From assembly GCA_043228905.1 (NCBI GenBank), contig JBHGNT010000015.1, positions 744,001 through 808,000 on the forward strand: a DNA stretch of 64,000 nucleotides. The letters are read 5' to 3'. Below are positions 11,095 to 25,402 of this stretch, piece after piece. This DNA is from Azolla caroliniana (taxonomy: Eukaryota > Plantae > Polypodiophyta). Below the pieces are notes generated by a model. It was not told the DNA's origin, made no database searches, and saw nothing but the letters and a program-made list of their open reading frames with translations. Each line of letters starts with the position of its first letter. The stretch's first letter is position 1. A program made the translations under genes and the position numbers.

Positions 11095-13695
11095 GGGAAC
11101 TATTAGGTTAAAATCTAAATTATGCGCTAGATGCAACTAAAACCCGAAACCTCTTTGAGCTAGAGCCACAGAGCTCTCTATCTGTCCGATTTTAGCACCA
11201 ATCCTGAGCAAATGGTGTGGCCTACCTGCTCCGGACAAGTGGCTGGAGAATAGTGCAAAACCAATTTATGGAAATTTGGTGTAAAGTGTGCTGGACAGCC
11301 TGCCCCCTAACATTTATAGTCGCCAATGTGGGTGTCTATGTTTGTTCGAAGAATTGGGTGTTGAAAACTAAGAGCATGTAAACTTCATTTTATTGGCCTT
11401 CAATCATGAAGTTCAGCTGCATTGCTTAAGATGGTAAAGAATCAATATTGTGCCACAATGAAAACTTAGCATCTACAATTTTAATGATGTATTCATCTAA
11501 CTCTTGGTATAAATAAGATCTGCAATTTTAATTTTAACAGCCTATTTCTTCTATGTAACGATGAAGTGAATATTGTGTGTCAAGGCATACCGCCAATGTT
11601 TTTGTTAGTGGGTTTGTGCCTCCCTTTAAAGGGGTGACACATTTTTTGATATGCTATATGCCTTGTACCTTTAGAACCCCATATTCTAGGTCATGATTCC
11701 AAAGACTTTTGATGATATTATGCGGTAACATCTTGCTGAGTGGCAAGTCTTTATTAAACAGCACTAGCATCTTACTATTGTAATACGCTTTTGTGGTGAA
11801 GTGCACACACACAATCAAATTTTTATATAACTTTACACTATCTAATTTATTGTATATTCAGCACCATCTATTATGAACCTTCAAAACCTTAAGAAAGTTG
11901 TCATTGTACAATGATATTGTACGTAAGTAAAGATGGGTTTGTGCTTGAGAAAACAATTCATATTCACACTTTCTATGAAAATATTTACTTTATGTGCTAC
12001 CTTCTCAAAGCAATGCTTGCTTCTAGAATGACAATGTCTTTTTTCTTCTTCTTTTTCCAAAAAACGGCAATATCTTTTCTTTGATTTTACAAAGTTAAGC
12101 TTCCAATGATTTTTTAAATGGTGAAAAGCTATTTGAGAAGTAAAAAGATGGACTTCACATTTAATCACTCACGGTCTCACCATTGAAGAAGGTGCTTATT
12201 TTGAGAGAGGAAACTCCCTTTTCTATGCTTCTCTCTACACCAAAACAATTTTCAATATAAATAAGGCATTGTGAAATCATAACATCTATTTGAAACTTTT
12301 TATTTCCCAACAAATCTTTGTTAAGAGTTTGCAAGGCTCAAATTCAAATGCATAAAATGATGGTGTATTGATAACATCTAGGTTGTGGATCAATCAATAT
12401 TTTATGATTTATCCATTATGTGTGGGATCATGCATGCTTTCACAACCTAAGGGACTCAACGTGCAAAAGGCACACTTTAAGTTTTGTATGATGTCTTGTA
12501 GTGAGTCTTGTTGCTTCGATTCATGTGCTACCATTAGTTCATGATTGTTGCTATATTGGTTTTCCATTCATCTTAGCCGCTCTTTGGACAATTTTGATTA
12601 CTAGGAACTTTCTTTGAACTGTGGCTCCCAAAGACATATTAGAGATTTGTGACCAACCTTGCACATATTACATTTCACCCCTATTTGATAGCTTTCTTAA
12701 TGATTTACACTATAGTAGAGGGGTCATAAATTTGAGAGAACCCAAATTTGATCCTTGTCGTGGCCTCAACCTCATCCCATAGGTAGAAAATTGTCTCCTT
12801 TTGGATATTAAGAACATATAGTTCTATAATTCTATTTATGCCAGTGCATTTTTGTGTGGCTCCTATTGTAGAGCCATATCATTTTACACAATTGGATGGG
12901 GTGATGATTGACCGCAAAGCGTGAATTGGAGACACGAGACATTGTTTGAAACTCACCCGAAGTAACAAAATTAGACAAATATTCAAAAAACAGAGAGGAC
13001 CTTTGGGAGAATACTCTGGGACCCTAACCTTACCTCCTTCAATACTTGTGCAAATATCTTGATTACCACGTAGAATGGGCAAGCTATTAACAGTCATGCC
13101 ATCACCCGAATATGGGCGATCAATGAGATCCTATACAGAAAATTTAGACGAGGGGTATTAAGGTGGTCTTAGGAAAGATCGAAGAGGATACTCCATACAT
13201 GTGAGATGAATCACACGATGATTTCAAGTGAGAAAACGAGATATCGGTAGTTCAAAAACCATCATAAAAGTAAAAGGCAAATTAGCCACAATGCAGGCTA
13301 AGATGATCCGAAATTTATGTGCGATGAGAGACTGGTGAGTGAGAGTGGTTATTACAAGGTTAATGCTAATTACCCGTATAGTCTATCTATAGATAATGGA
13401 AGATGATGTCGAGGCAGAGAAGAGAGAACTTGTGGTTTTGCAAGGTTAATCCTAATCACCACTATAGATAATGGAAGATTATGTCCGGGCAGGGAAGAGA
13501 GAGAGGTCAAGTTTCATAGAGGAGAAGAAATGGAGTCAGGGGTAGATTTTGTAATTACAGAAAACTGGCTCTTGAAGCTAGAAACACGTACATTTTGAAT
13601 TCACACAAGACATGCCCTCCCCCCTCCCCCCCTTCTTCTTCTTCTTCTGTTTCTCTTCTGTAGCTTCGCGATCTGCCTCACAGCTCCGAGGCACC

Positions 13696-16600
13696 ATGAA
13701 TTTCCTGAGGAATTCCTTCTCCACCATCACAGAAGCTCCTCCTCCTCCTCCCCCTCCTCATCACAACGACGCAGATCGAGATCTACGCCTCCATCCCCCA
13801 CCACTACAACCCCAACCACCATCGTTGCCTCCTCATCTTTCCTCATCCTCATCTTCTTACTATTTCGAATATGATGGCGACGATGCTCGCTTTCCACCCC
13901 CTCCTCCTCCCGCGGCTGTCGATTCTCTTCGTACAAGAAACAGAGTACCTGTCGAGGATCATGTGGATGTTACGGAAGAAGACGGCGGCGGCGTTTTGGT
14001 TCCCTCAAGTAAGCCCTTTTTTTGTTTGTATATATTCAATCATATTCTATGCGATGATTTTGACATTCAATTTCAAAATTTCCTATTTGATCTTCTCGGA
14101 GAGATATGCTTAGATCTCTGCTCCAATTTTTTGGCTTTTCAGTGAATATATATAGATATATATATAGTGCCAGATTGCAGAAATAAACACAAAGATTACA
14201 GGACTGTTTTGCAAAGATATTTGTAAAGTACAAAAATTAGTGACTCAAAGCACTAAAACACAAAATGCTGATCAAAGAACTATTGTGGATTCAGTTTGGA
14301 AGCACTGGAAAATACTCTTTAAATTCACCAATATATATATTTTCGTGTTAGATCGCAGAAATAAACACACGCTTTCAGGACTGTTTTGGAAAGATAGTTG
14401 TAAAGTACAAAATTTGGTTGTTCAAAGCACGAAAACACAAAAGTTAGTTATTCAAAGCACTAAAACACAAAAATTCTGTTCAAAGAACTATTGTGGATTC
14501 AGTTTGGAAGCACTGGAAAATACTCTTTAAATTACTAAAATGCTGTTCAAATCACTAAAAATGTCATTGAAAACGCATTCACACTACAAGTTTTGTTTAA
14601 AGCATGAAATGCTATTTAAGGCACTAGAAAAGTTATGGAAGGATCTGTTTCAAGAATTCTATGGTATTATTTGGTTTTTTTATTATAATAGGGGAGCTAC
14701 CCGATGATTGGCATCGGATAGGAGATATGGCATCAATCATGGACTTGGATCGGAATTTTCTATTCCCAGGTAAATATGTTAATCTCACTATTTCTAAATT
14801 TGACATGACCTTCAATTTGTGAGCAGGAATAACTCTTTTTGTGAATCACAGGGGAGTGCATAAATATAGTGCTTTATGTTTCGTCACATGGTGATTCTAA
14901 AAATCCAGAGTTAATAACTCCATTCAAAGTGGCGGCAGCGATGGATAAAGCAAGATTATCCAAAGAAGAAAGTAAAACAATCAAGACCACCATTCTTGGT
15001 AATGAAAACTTGGAAACTGATAATTCAGAGCATGAGAAGAGGCTTAATGAAGGTGATGTGAAAGGCACATCATCTGTGAATGTTCTCTGGATGGAAGAAC
15101 AAAAGAAGAGGAGTGCTGAACTGCTTCATTTATTCCAGAATTCACATTTTTTCTCTAGGCTTTCTGAAGCAGAAGAACAAGTATTGGCGAATTCTTCACC
15201 ATCAGGAGAAGAAGTGGATGATGGAGCAGTCTCAGCCAATCCATCAGAGCATAGAAAATCGACCGAATCATCTCAACCTCTTCCCATTCTCATGGAGAGA
15301 GGGGGATTTGACCCTCGATATGCTGGTGGTGTTGCTCGGAATGCTCGATGCTATTCATTTGGCAATGGTATCATTGCGGTATGCCTATTATTCCAAGATC
15401 TAGTGTCTTTTTTTCCTATATGTATTAGTTCTCGTTTTACCTTCTACTTGAATACGATGAACTTTTACTTATTGAACTGGGCATGCTAATGTTGAAGATG
15501 TAGTTTTATGTTTGTTTGCGTGCTTCCAATTTATTGTTTTATGATAATAATTATTTTTAGTTCCTTTTTGGTGATTATTAGTTAGAAATTTCTTGGTTTT
15601 TGTAGAAAATGAGGTCAATAGGCTATTTTATGAGCTTTTATATACTAGTGATGAGGTAGCTTTTGTTCAGACTTGAAGCCATAAATGATGAAATTGATAA
15701 ACCTCTCGAGTCTCATATTTGGCACCTGAGAGGTGAATATTGCACTCATGCTCATGTTTGTATGAATGCTTTCAATTTTCTTTCTTTTACTAAGTCATTG
15801 CATCTCTTTTCTCTTTTCTTTCAGTCTATTTATTAATTCATTATTTTTTAAGTTGAATTTGTTGGTTTCTGCTATAAAGGTAAACCACATGCAAGTCACA
15901 AATGATTTTTTTCCATGTTTTAAGGTCTGTTAAGCTCTCTATACAGTTGTTGGGTGCTTTATAATTAGGGCAGCTGTTTTGTCTTTTCTACCTTGCATCA
16001 CTAATAGGCAAAAAAGAGAGCAAAGCATTAAATTCCTTTTAAATATTCAAGTGCTGTAAGTATTATGCTGATGTGTGAATGACAGAGTGCAGGTGGTGCT
16101 ACAAATCACAGTTGGAATAAATTTGAAAAATGATGTAATGCTGGAAGTTCTTCAGTTCAAGCAACCATATGAATTAGGAAAAGCCTCTGATCACATGCTT
16201 ACAGAGACTATGACATCTTTGAGTCAAAGACCCACAGACTCATCAGAAGAACTTCTCCAATGGCTTCTCCCTTTGGAAAATCCTTTACATATGCCCTCTC
16301 ATACAGTGCCTGCTGCTGCAAATTCAATTGTAAATAGCTCACCACAAAAACATTCTTTTTCCAGTTCATCTGGTTCCACCCTTTTTTCTTTTGCAAGCAT
16401 GAGGACGTACTCAACAGCATCTTCTCATAGTAGTCAAACTTCAGCTACGGCAAGTACACAGGCTTTCTTGACAAATGGGTTGGATGAATCAGAAAGTTTA
16501 AAATCATCAAAAGGACAACCCGTGAGTAATGAAGGGCTTATAGCATTTAGAGGTATTCAACTTGAACCACAGAGGTTTTCTGTACATTGTGGCTTAGATG

Positions 16601-19600
16601 GTCTTTATGTACCTGGAAGAAGGTGGAGAAGAAAGCTGCAAATTGTGGAACCTTTATTAATCGAATCGTATTTTGCTGATTGCAACACAAAAGATTTGAT
16701 TTGTGTATCTATTGAGGTCTTGACTATCCCTTTTTTGATAGTTTAGCTACACTTAATAATATCTCTATTAATACTGATTTAATAGAGATAAATATATAGA
16801 GGTGAAATATCTAGAAGCATTGCATCTCTTTAGGAATAAATGAAGTAAGATGTAGAATCTGGACCTATCTGCAAACTGCATTTGTGTTCTGGTAAATGAT
16901 GCATCTCAACCATCTCAACCTAGCTGGATTTGTTCATCCATGGAGTTGTTGTTTTATGAAGTCAGCAAGGAAAAGTTTATGTTTAATTACAAGCCTGTTA
17001 TCAGTTTCTCACAAATCTTTTTGCATTGTTGATGCAGAATGTGGTTCCTGATCATCTTCCAGAAGTTTTGGTGATCATTGATTCAATAAGCATTGTCTGT
17101 GAAATGACTGATCCTAATCGTACAGCATCACCAGTGCCCATTGCTTGTATTGAGGTTGGAGAAAACCACAAGTTGCCAGGCACATCTCTCAGGTTATGCA
17201 TCTCATTTATAAAGATGAAATAGTTTTCTGCAAATAATTTAGTATCTTAAATCTCATTGTTTCAAATTTGGAGGAGAGATGAACCTTCAGACCCAACATG
17301 ATGTTTTAACTAAAAGTGTCATCTCATCTATGAGAACCCAAAGAAAAATGAATTTGAATAAAATGCCTAAATTCTACTGACTACAAAGTGTATTTAGATT
17401 TTCATAAGTATTTAACAATGAATTGGAAATTGGTGTCTTTTAAGAATGTACCTTGCGTGATGATGTCCTTGATTTGATGATGAAATGGGGATGCACCTTG
17501 AATGAATTTCCAGGAAATCCTGGTAGGTTCTTTCAAGGTTGATTGGTAATTGTTCGCCTAGTGATCCCTAAGAAGAATGTTGATATTCCCAAATATTTGA
17601 TTGTGACATCGTGACATCGTCCAATTATCTGCTGCCATGTATCTGATAATAGACTGTTCAATGATAAACATAATGATGTCCTGATTCTTCCTCTGGTAAC
17701 ACAAGTCACATTTCTGTTTTGTGTTTATTGAACTGTTTCTTTCTGTAACTGATGTGTAGAAGTCCCAATTTGTCATAGCACACTGAAATGCATGAGAGAC
17801 AAATGCCCATGTAAGAGAGTTGGATTAATAGTGAACCATCCCTGTACCAGCTTCCAAGTGCCTCAATAACCATAGGGCATGCCCCTAACTCAGCACAGAC
17901 AAGCTTAATAAATTATGAAGCCTAAACACTGGTTTGCTTATCCTCATGTTCAACTGCACAAAGGCGATACTACCTAGCTATTTACCCAGCTATAAGTTGC
18001 AGCATTTGTCATGAATCACAGTGATGAAATTATGGTTAAGTATCAGACTCTCTCTCCATCATGGAATCTTGTATCAACTGCGCATAAGAGATCTTACCTT
18101 GCTATTAAGTAGCAGCATCTGTGACAACTCACATTGTTGAAATTATGAGTAAGGAGCAGATGAACCCATTGTGGAACCTTGTACATTCATTGTCATTCTG
18201 GTCTCATGTAAGAATACAAGTTAAATTCATAGAGTTAAATGAAATACAATTTTTCTGTCCCTTCTCAGAGAACTTTAGTTAATCATTTTACCTTCAACCA
18301 TGACCTTCATAATGTATTTCTGATCCTGGTGGCATTCTTTAGTTGTGGTTATGGAAATGGAAAGCTTTATCATATCTCTGAAGAACCTTGCCAGTTAATC
18401 TTAAAGTTTTTCAGGGGTTGGAAAATTTTATCCTTATGATTAGAAGATATCACATTGTTGCAATTTATGTTAACTTGTGATCTTAGATGAGGAATTATAA
18501 AAAAAAAACTAACAAAACTCTCTTGAACTTGAGCAGACCAGGGGAACAACATTCATTTGTTTTGAAGCCGTTAAAGTCTCCTTTCCATTCATCTGTTTCA
18601 AATACAGTCAGAGTAGGTCCAACAGGTCCAGCAAGAAGCTCACGTAATACTGAAGTAGAGACTACAAAAGCGTCATATTATTCATCTGATAAGAAAAAAG
18701 CAAAAGAGCATAAGCTGGTCTCTGCTCAGGATCTAGGAAACTATGTTCTTGTGGTTTCTTGTAGGTGCAATCACTCAGGTAGGTTTCTATGCTCATTTGC
18801 TGACATGTTAGCATTTTATGTCATAATATGCTAATCTGTATAGGTCTCTTTCAGCATCAAGATTACATTTCAAGCATCCAATGAAGTGGCAGCCTCGTTC
18901 TCCACGAGATCTTCTTTTGTCAGTTTCTTTAGAGCCAACAACCGAACCAGCAATATCAGAAGGCATACTACCATCGCTAGTCCCGAAGGTAACTTCTTTT
19001 CAGTTACAATATGAGATCGCAGTAGTAAATGTGATGGATGTGTATTTTTTATTTTCAAACAGAATCTTAAGATTTCATTTATTACTAAAACAGGTTGTAA
19101 CTGTCCAAGCAACCAATCTGACCTCAGAATCATTGCATCTTACGCTACTGACACCAAGCTCAAAATACTTGGGGTCATGTGGGCAAGTCCCTGTTTGTGC
19201 TAGTTCTGGCTTATCACGAATAAACAGTTTTATGAGTTTCCATGAAAGGAAGGAATGGCCCAGTACAAAGACAAAGGATTTAGAATTGGAGCAAACAAAT
19301 GCAGAATCCTCACCAAATTCACGTCCAAGTTCATTGCAGCGTTCAATGTCATTGCCACCTGTAAGACCCATCGAAAGCATTATGGGGATTGCACCTCGAG
19401 TAGTAAAGGAAAGAGCAATATCAGCAGCTGACATTGCTGCAGAAAATGTTTCTGTGCGAACACATTTATTGCTTCAAAGCATTATCCCATTGGGGTATGA
19501 CCTTTCTATCATTGCTAGTGCTTGACAGAAATTTTTACATTTTGAGCTTTATTATAACCTTTGAACTTGGAACTTATCTAATGGAATTGGATTTCCTGTT

Positions 19601-20615
19601 CTCACAGGACTGTTCCAGCTCAGGCAACAACAGCTATAAGATGCGAACTACTTCCGCTTACAGATGGAATTATCACACTTGACACACTTCACATTTCTAC
19701 AAAAGACCAAGGTAAAGCTGAAAACACTTGATATTACTGTTATGGACTAAGAAAGGAAATGCTGTCAGTCTATCTTTAAAACTGTATGTACTCTCTGATG
19801 AGGCTGTTGCATAAGTAAAATGTCAGCAGGAATTGCTACTCTTGTTGGAGTGTCTGGTCTCAGGAGGATCTTGGGTCTCTCTCTCTTTCTCCTTCCACTC
19901 TCATGCTATACACATATGAGTTATGCACTCCATGCTTGTAAATGATTGCACAAAGCATTCTGTTGTAAGCATTAAGATCACAACATATAGTTATAGCTCC
20001 AAGTTAGCACTGTATTTTTTTATTTCAATTTTCACGAGCCAGGGGTTGAAAGCAATACCGTAGCCTTACCAAGAATGCGATACTCCTGCCTTTTGGGCTA
20101 TGTATCTTATTTCTCCTGATTCATCCAGCTATTATACATTTGTTGGCCAAGGAAAGGATTGGTATGAGTACCTATGAATGGGGATAAGAATGTCACAAAT
20201 AAAAAAGCGGCTTAACTAATGAGGCTAATGCTATCTATAACCTTGTCAGCAAATGACATGGTACCAGTTGAAATAATATTCTTCTGTACACCATAAATCA
20301 AAATTTGTTCAAATTTGTGGAAAATTGAAACAACTTGAGATTTAGGGTTTAGGGTTTGGGTATATATGCCTTTTGATATTTTCATATGCAAGGTTTTTTG
20401 CCCTAAGCTTGTCTATGGCAGTTTGGGTGTGCATGGTTGAATTCAAGAGCTCAAGTTTTGTAGGTTAGAGGTGTGGGTGGGTTGTATGGTGTAACAGATT
20501 TGTTTGTGTCTATATCTGCTTTTTCTGATGCTCTGTTTTGTTTGCAGAGATTTACTACCCTGAGAAGCCTCTCCAAATATACGCCACATCCAGCATTAGT
20601 ATTGGAATTCCATAA
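13696..20615 (+). CDS. TRIPP: TRIPP-like plant-specific TRAPPII-associated subunit (Arabidopsis At3g17900 family), 10 exons
   Basis: Exons 13696-14008, 14692-14769, 14852-15378, 16093-16716, 17038-17192, 18537-18778, 18855-18988, 19094-19494, 19608-19711 and 20548-20615 join in frame through GT-AG introns. Recognised motifs: MNFL, ELPDDW..LDRNFLFPGE..ITPFKVA, GGVARN, LQWLLPL, FSVHCGLDGLYVPGRRWRRKLQI, ELLPLTDGIITLDTL, ATSSISIG. Confidence 0.85.
14150..14535. repeat. Imperfect ~190-bp tandem duplication in TRIPP intron 1
   Basis: GCAGAAATAAACAC...AAGAACTATTGTGGATTCAGTTTGGAAGCACTGGAAAATACTCTTTAAATT occurs twice. Confidence 0.85.
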
Positions 20616-21300
20616 AGATTTAAATTAGCAAAAAGAGACCCTTACGCATCATTACCAGATGAAAGTTGCCGCCTTAGAAAGCTATTTGTAGGGAATTTTC
20701 ACCGACAATGCAGAGTCCTTTTATTAGTCCAAGTTCTATATTCCCCTCAGGAAGCCATCTTCCTTATCTATGTATATGCATTGAAATGAGAAAATGCTCG
20801 TGTATTTGTATAATTTGAATAACATGCCTTTCTTTTAGATTAATCATGTAATTCAATGTTGGATTGTGTAGAGGATTGACTTGTGCTTTAGAATAGGAAA
20901 CCATAAAATACTAAATGCAGTCCATTCAAGTGGTAAATGATAGATATACAATTTCAAATATGTAATCCTAAGCATCTGTGGTACTTGTATGTAAGCTTTT
21001 CCTAATCCCTGTAATTTGGTAGGCAGATTAGGCCACTTGCCAGGTACTCCTAAATCAGACTTATTCAATCCAGTTATTGTGACAGAATGCAAGATCGGGT
21101 CGGGATGAGGGTACATTGTTATGTCATTGATGCAACATTTATGCTCAATGGTGTTACATTGTCATATCACTTCCCTAGAGAGGAGTTTGGTATGCTTGCT
21201 TGAGTAAGGATATCATCATTTTGAACCATGAGAGTAGTTAAAATGCTTACCTGAGAAAGTGGATCCTAGTCATTTTGAGCTATGAGAGCAGTTTGTAATA

Positions 21301-21881
21301 CAGGCCTGAATTTGACGGGTTAGTATAAAAGTTTTTTGACAGGCATTTTTTAAAGATGTATATCATATGACAGAAGAGTGCAAAAACTAACATGTCATTT
21401 GACATACAAATTTTAATAATGAAAGTTCTATATGATGCTTTACCAATTTTAATAACCTAGAGTTATACTCTTAAAGTATGTATTTAATAAAGTTATTATT
21501 TAAAATTTCAATTGATATTATTAGTAAAGAAATTAAAAATAAATATTTGAGAATATATACCATTATTACATGATAATGATATTATTTTAAGCGTGTTACA
21601 AAAAACATATAATTTTTTGGATTTTTTTTATAGTGTTAACATATTATAATACACACTTCATATCTATAATAAGTGACATATGTATATGTATATAATATAT
21701 ATGACATGGAAAATAGAATTTTAACATGTCATTTGACATGCATAATTTGTAGGGGCCTTTTGCATGAAAAAATGGATATTTTAACTTTATATGTCACTTG
21801 ATGGGTATTTTTATTATGTGTATGTTTTTTATAGGCAAAATGGCCTTCAACAAGCATGACACCCGTCAAATTCCTACCCTG
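21301..21881. mobile_element. hAT-like MITE (~581 bp, AT-rich interior)
   Basis: The ends CAGGCCTGAATTTGACGGGT and ACCCGTCAAATTCCTACCCTG are imperfect inverted repeats. The flanks GTTTGTAATA and GTTTGTATA resemble a TSD. Confidence 0.65.
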
Positions 21882-22099
21882 GTTTGTATACTCGCTTGAG
21901 ATTGACGATCCACAAAGAGACATGACAATAATTACTATACTTGGTACAGAGTGAGGATCTTGGTTGCTATGGGGCTCAAATTGTGGATCCCTAGGAAGAT
22001 GGAGCTACAACTAGGGCTACAAGGTCTTACCCTTCCTCTTATGATGACATCAAGTGTTGATTCTTCGTGTGTTCTTTGGTCTTAGTCTTGGTACTCATC

Positions 22100-23150
22100 T
22101 TTGTACCTATGAGATTGTTGTAGTCTATTGGTACTCTAGCAAATCACTCTACTACCAAATGAAAACATAAATCCCAATGTGGATCTCTTGTTAGATCTGT
22201 TGCCTACCCAATCACCATTCGTGAACCTTTCCAATCAATCAAGTACTCCACTCTTGTTGAAGATACCACAATCAAGCGTGCCATTGACACTCATAGCAGT
22301 CACTTAGCACAATGCATGAGTGTTGAGGGTGGGTGGGGGGTGTATGAATTGGTTGGGTTATAGTCAACTAGATTAGACTCTTGATTATCTGTCAATACTA
22401 CATTGGCTTGTAGAATTTATCAAGAGTTTGCACTTAGGTTCATATTTAAGTCAAGGGTGTTGAGATGGACTTATACTAGGTCATTTTGAACATGTAGAGC
22501 AAGTTCAACTCGCAAGATCATTGTGAGAGTAGGAACTTGTCTAAAGTTTGAATCACCTCATTGCCCAAAAAATAATGCAAGTCATTCAGGTCTTTCATCT
22601 TGAACTTTTCTAAAAGCAACTTTTTGATCTTCTATGTATCAATGGGGCTTTCTCCATGATGATAAGGTCATTGACATACAAGATAACGAAGAGCAAGATT
22701 TTGGGATTGCTCCAGATATAAAATGAGTTGTCAAATTTTGACACTCAAAATCCAATGGTGTGAAGATACAATGTGATCATTGAATGCTATGCTCTTGTGT
22801 ATTGCATCAGTCAGTAGCACGACTTCTTCAATTAGCAAATAGTTTGTGGATGTTTGCTTGATTCGAAGACGAGTGGTTGGATCATGTAAACTTCCTCCTT
22901 GAACTTGCCTTGGAGGAACACGCCACCCTTTCTCTCCTGCGACAACAATTACAGTCCTCACCGTAGTCATTTTTGCCACCGAGGCAAAAGTTTCCTCATA
23001 GGCTATGCCTTAGGATTGTGTATACCACTTTGAGTTATGCTTTACCTTGAACACTCAACGACAACCAATTGGCTGCTTCTTGGGTTCGAAGGCTTGGACT
23101 AAATCCAAAGTATCATTGTCAAACAAGGCTGCATCTTCACTGGAGATATT
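22100..23150 (-). mobile_element. Degenerate Ty1/copia reverse transcriptase/RNase H remnant
   Basis: Minus-strand pieces NDTLDLV, PIGCR, YEETFASVAKMTTVRTVI and LY..KQ are canonical copia RT motifs, broken by many stops and frameshifts. Confidence 0.8.
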
Positions 23151-25402
23151 AAGTAGCATCCAAGTTATCATCCAAGGCCATTGTTGTGATAAAAAAGAGG
23201 GTCCACTCATATATAAAAATATATATGTACATACAAAAAGGTATATATAGGTTGTATGTAAAGATGTTGGGGCTATTGAGCAAGTATAAGAGGTTTACAG
23301 TTTGAGTCTTTGCTAGTGTGCCTATTAAGGAATTATTCTTTTTTTGCATTTTCAAAGAAAAAAGGGAATACATGCATTAAATGCTAAAATTAGGTGCCTC
23401 TTTTTCTATAAAAGGAAGAGAAGAGGGCTTATTTTGGGTCACTCATTTTGTGTTTGGAGAGTGCATCATCATAGTTTTATGGGTTATCACTATGTATCTT
23501 TTGTAAACCCTATATTATAAAGGGATTTATTGTATGATCTTGAATTTAGATCTTAATATGAGTTTATTTTTATCTTAATCTTATGTACTTGCATTAATAA
23601 AGTGTATGAAGCCTAATCCCATGTGCTAATTACTTCTAAGTGTCGAGCTCCCCTACTTTGTGTCCTAATCTTTGCATCCTCTAAACCTTCACGTTGTACT
23701 TGGTCCAAGACCCCCCCCCCCCCCCCCTGATCCAGCTCGAGTAGCACACGCACACACATTTACGCGTCACCGTGCTCTTGGTCTCATGCTTGGATATCTT
23801 GCCCTTTATTTTTTATATACGGGTATACCACCAAGGTGACACCATCTTAGAGGTTTCTTCACGTCGTGCAACACTTTGATTACTCGACAATACCAAAGTT
23901 CCAGTCAACTAGAGTGAAGGTAGAATCTGTTTCCTGTTTACCCATAATGGCCCTTGGTCCCTCTTCTTGTTCACTCTTGAAATTTGCATAAGATATGATT
24001 GTCTCAAGCATGATGGTGTCACGAAAATACACACGTGTACCTGAAATGTGAGAGAGACCACCAAGGAAACAAACTAAAGAGGATGGGATTGGCTTGAGAT
24101 GTGGATTTCTGAATTCTAACAAGATAGTTTCTTTCAGTGCTTTATGTTTATAAATCTATGCATAAACATATGTTGTGTGTGCTTGAGAGTATGTGAAGTT
24201 ATGTGTGTGTATGTATATCTCTAGATGTATAAATATATGTAGTGTTCCTAATATGTGGGTGGGTGGGTATGCCAAATTTTTATAAGATGTTAATGTGAGT
24301 TTAAACATAGGTGCGAATGGGGTACTTTAGGAAACAAAAACATGGCTAAGTGTTTGGAGGAAGGGTTTTAAAGGTTTCAATTAAGTTAAAAGAAAAGGTT
24401 TGTTTGTAAAATGACAAGAAGAATTGACATGGCAACTAATGTGGCAATTGATGTGGCACTTGACAAGGGATGCTAATGTGGCAATTAACGTGGCGGCAGA
24501 CAAAGTAGGATGACATGGCAATTAATGTGATGTTTTGGTAGCTGCAACGTTAGGCCTGTACTAGAGGTTTTCTTGAACTAGACCTTCCCTTGGTTTGAGG
24601 AAAGCTATTTTTCATTTGAGGAAAGCTTTCCTTCAAGTTTTAAATGCTCTAACTAGAGCTTTCATCAAATTAGGGGAAAACTCAAACTAGCTTTCCTAGT
24701 TTGAGGAAAGTTTTCCTTTGAGCTTTAAATGCTCCAAGTTGAACCCTCCAAGGAAATAAATTCCCTAAAATCACAATTCTGGTGCTTCTCTTTCAAGAAA
24801 ATAGTTCCTCAAAATTTGTCCACTTTTGTTGGACACTAACCTTGGTTGGCATGACGGATTTGTTTCCCGTTGTTAGAAAATTCATTTTCCATCGTAACAT
24901 TTTGCCAAGAGCTTGGATTCACATCCTAAAGATTCCGTCACAACCCTCACAATAACCTCTTTGTGTGGACACTAAATTTTATCAACCGAATTCATATATC
25001 TTTTGTGCATTGTGCTTGGATGTTGGGGCTAAATCATTTGATGACGAGTCATTCAAGAATAGTAGGTGAGTGATAGCAAAATTTGCAAATATAGTTGAAT
25101 GGTAAAATATCTCCTTGCCATAAAATCACAACAAATATAGTCCAATTCCCGTTATCCGCCCATAAAATCACTCAGGAGCATGCTTCGTACGTGGAGGAAA
25201 GAATGCATCAAAAGTTTAGTTGCAAGAATCGCTAAATTCGTTTTTTGATAACCCGATCGTTTGGGTTAGTGTGGATAAATCCATTTTTGTACCATCCAGT
25301 AATCTCTATTTTTTGGGTGACTTAGAAGAGTGCCAGAATCAAGATGTGAGTGGGAAGACCAAGCAGGTTCAAAGAAGAAAGGACGTTTTGGTCAGACGGA
25401 TG

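Noticed and set aside
17450-17700. TGATGA motifs in TRIPP intron 5 as a C/D snoRNA
   Set aside because: No suitably spaced D box with a terminal stem, and no recognisable rRNA guide.
20341-20360. TTTAGGG x2 + TTTGGG as an interstitial telomere
   Set aside because: Too short. At most a telo-box-like motif in an intron.
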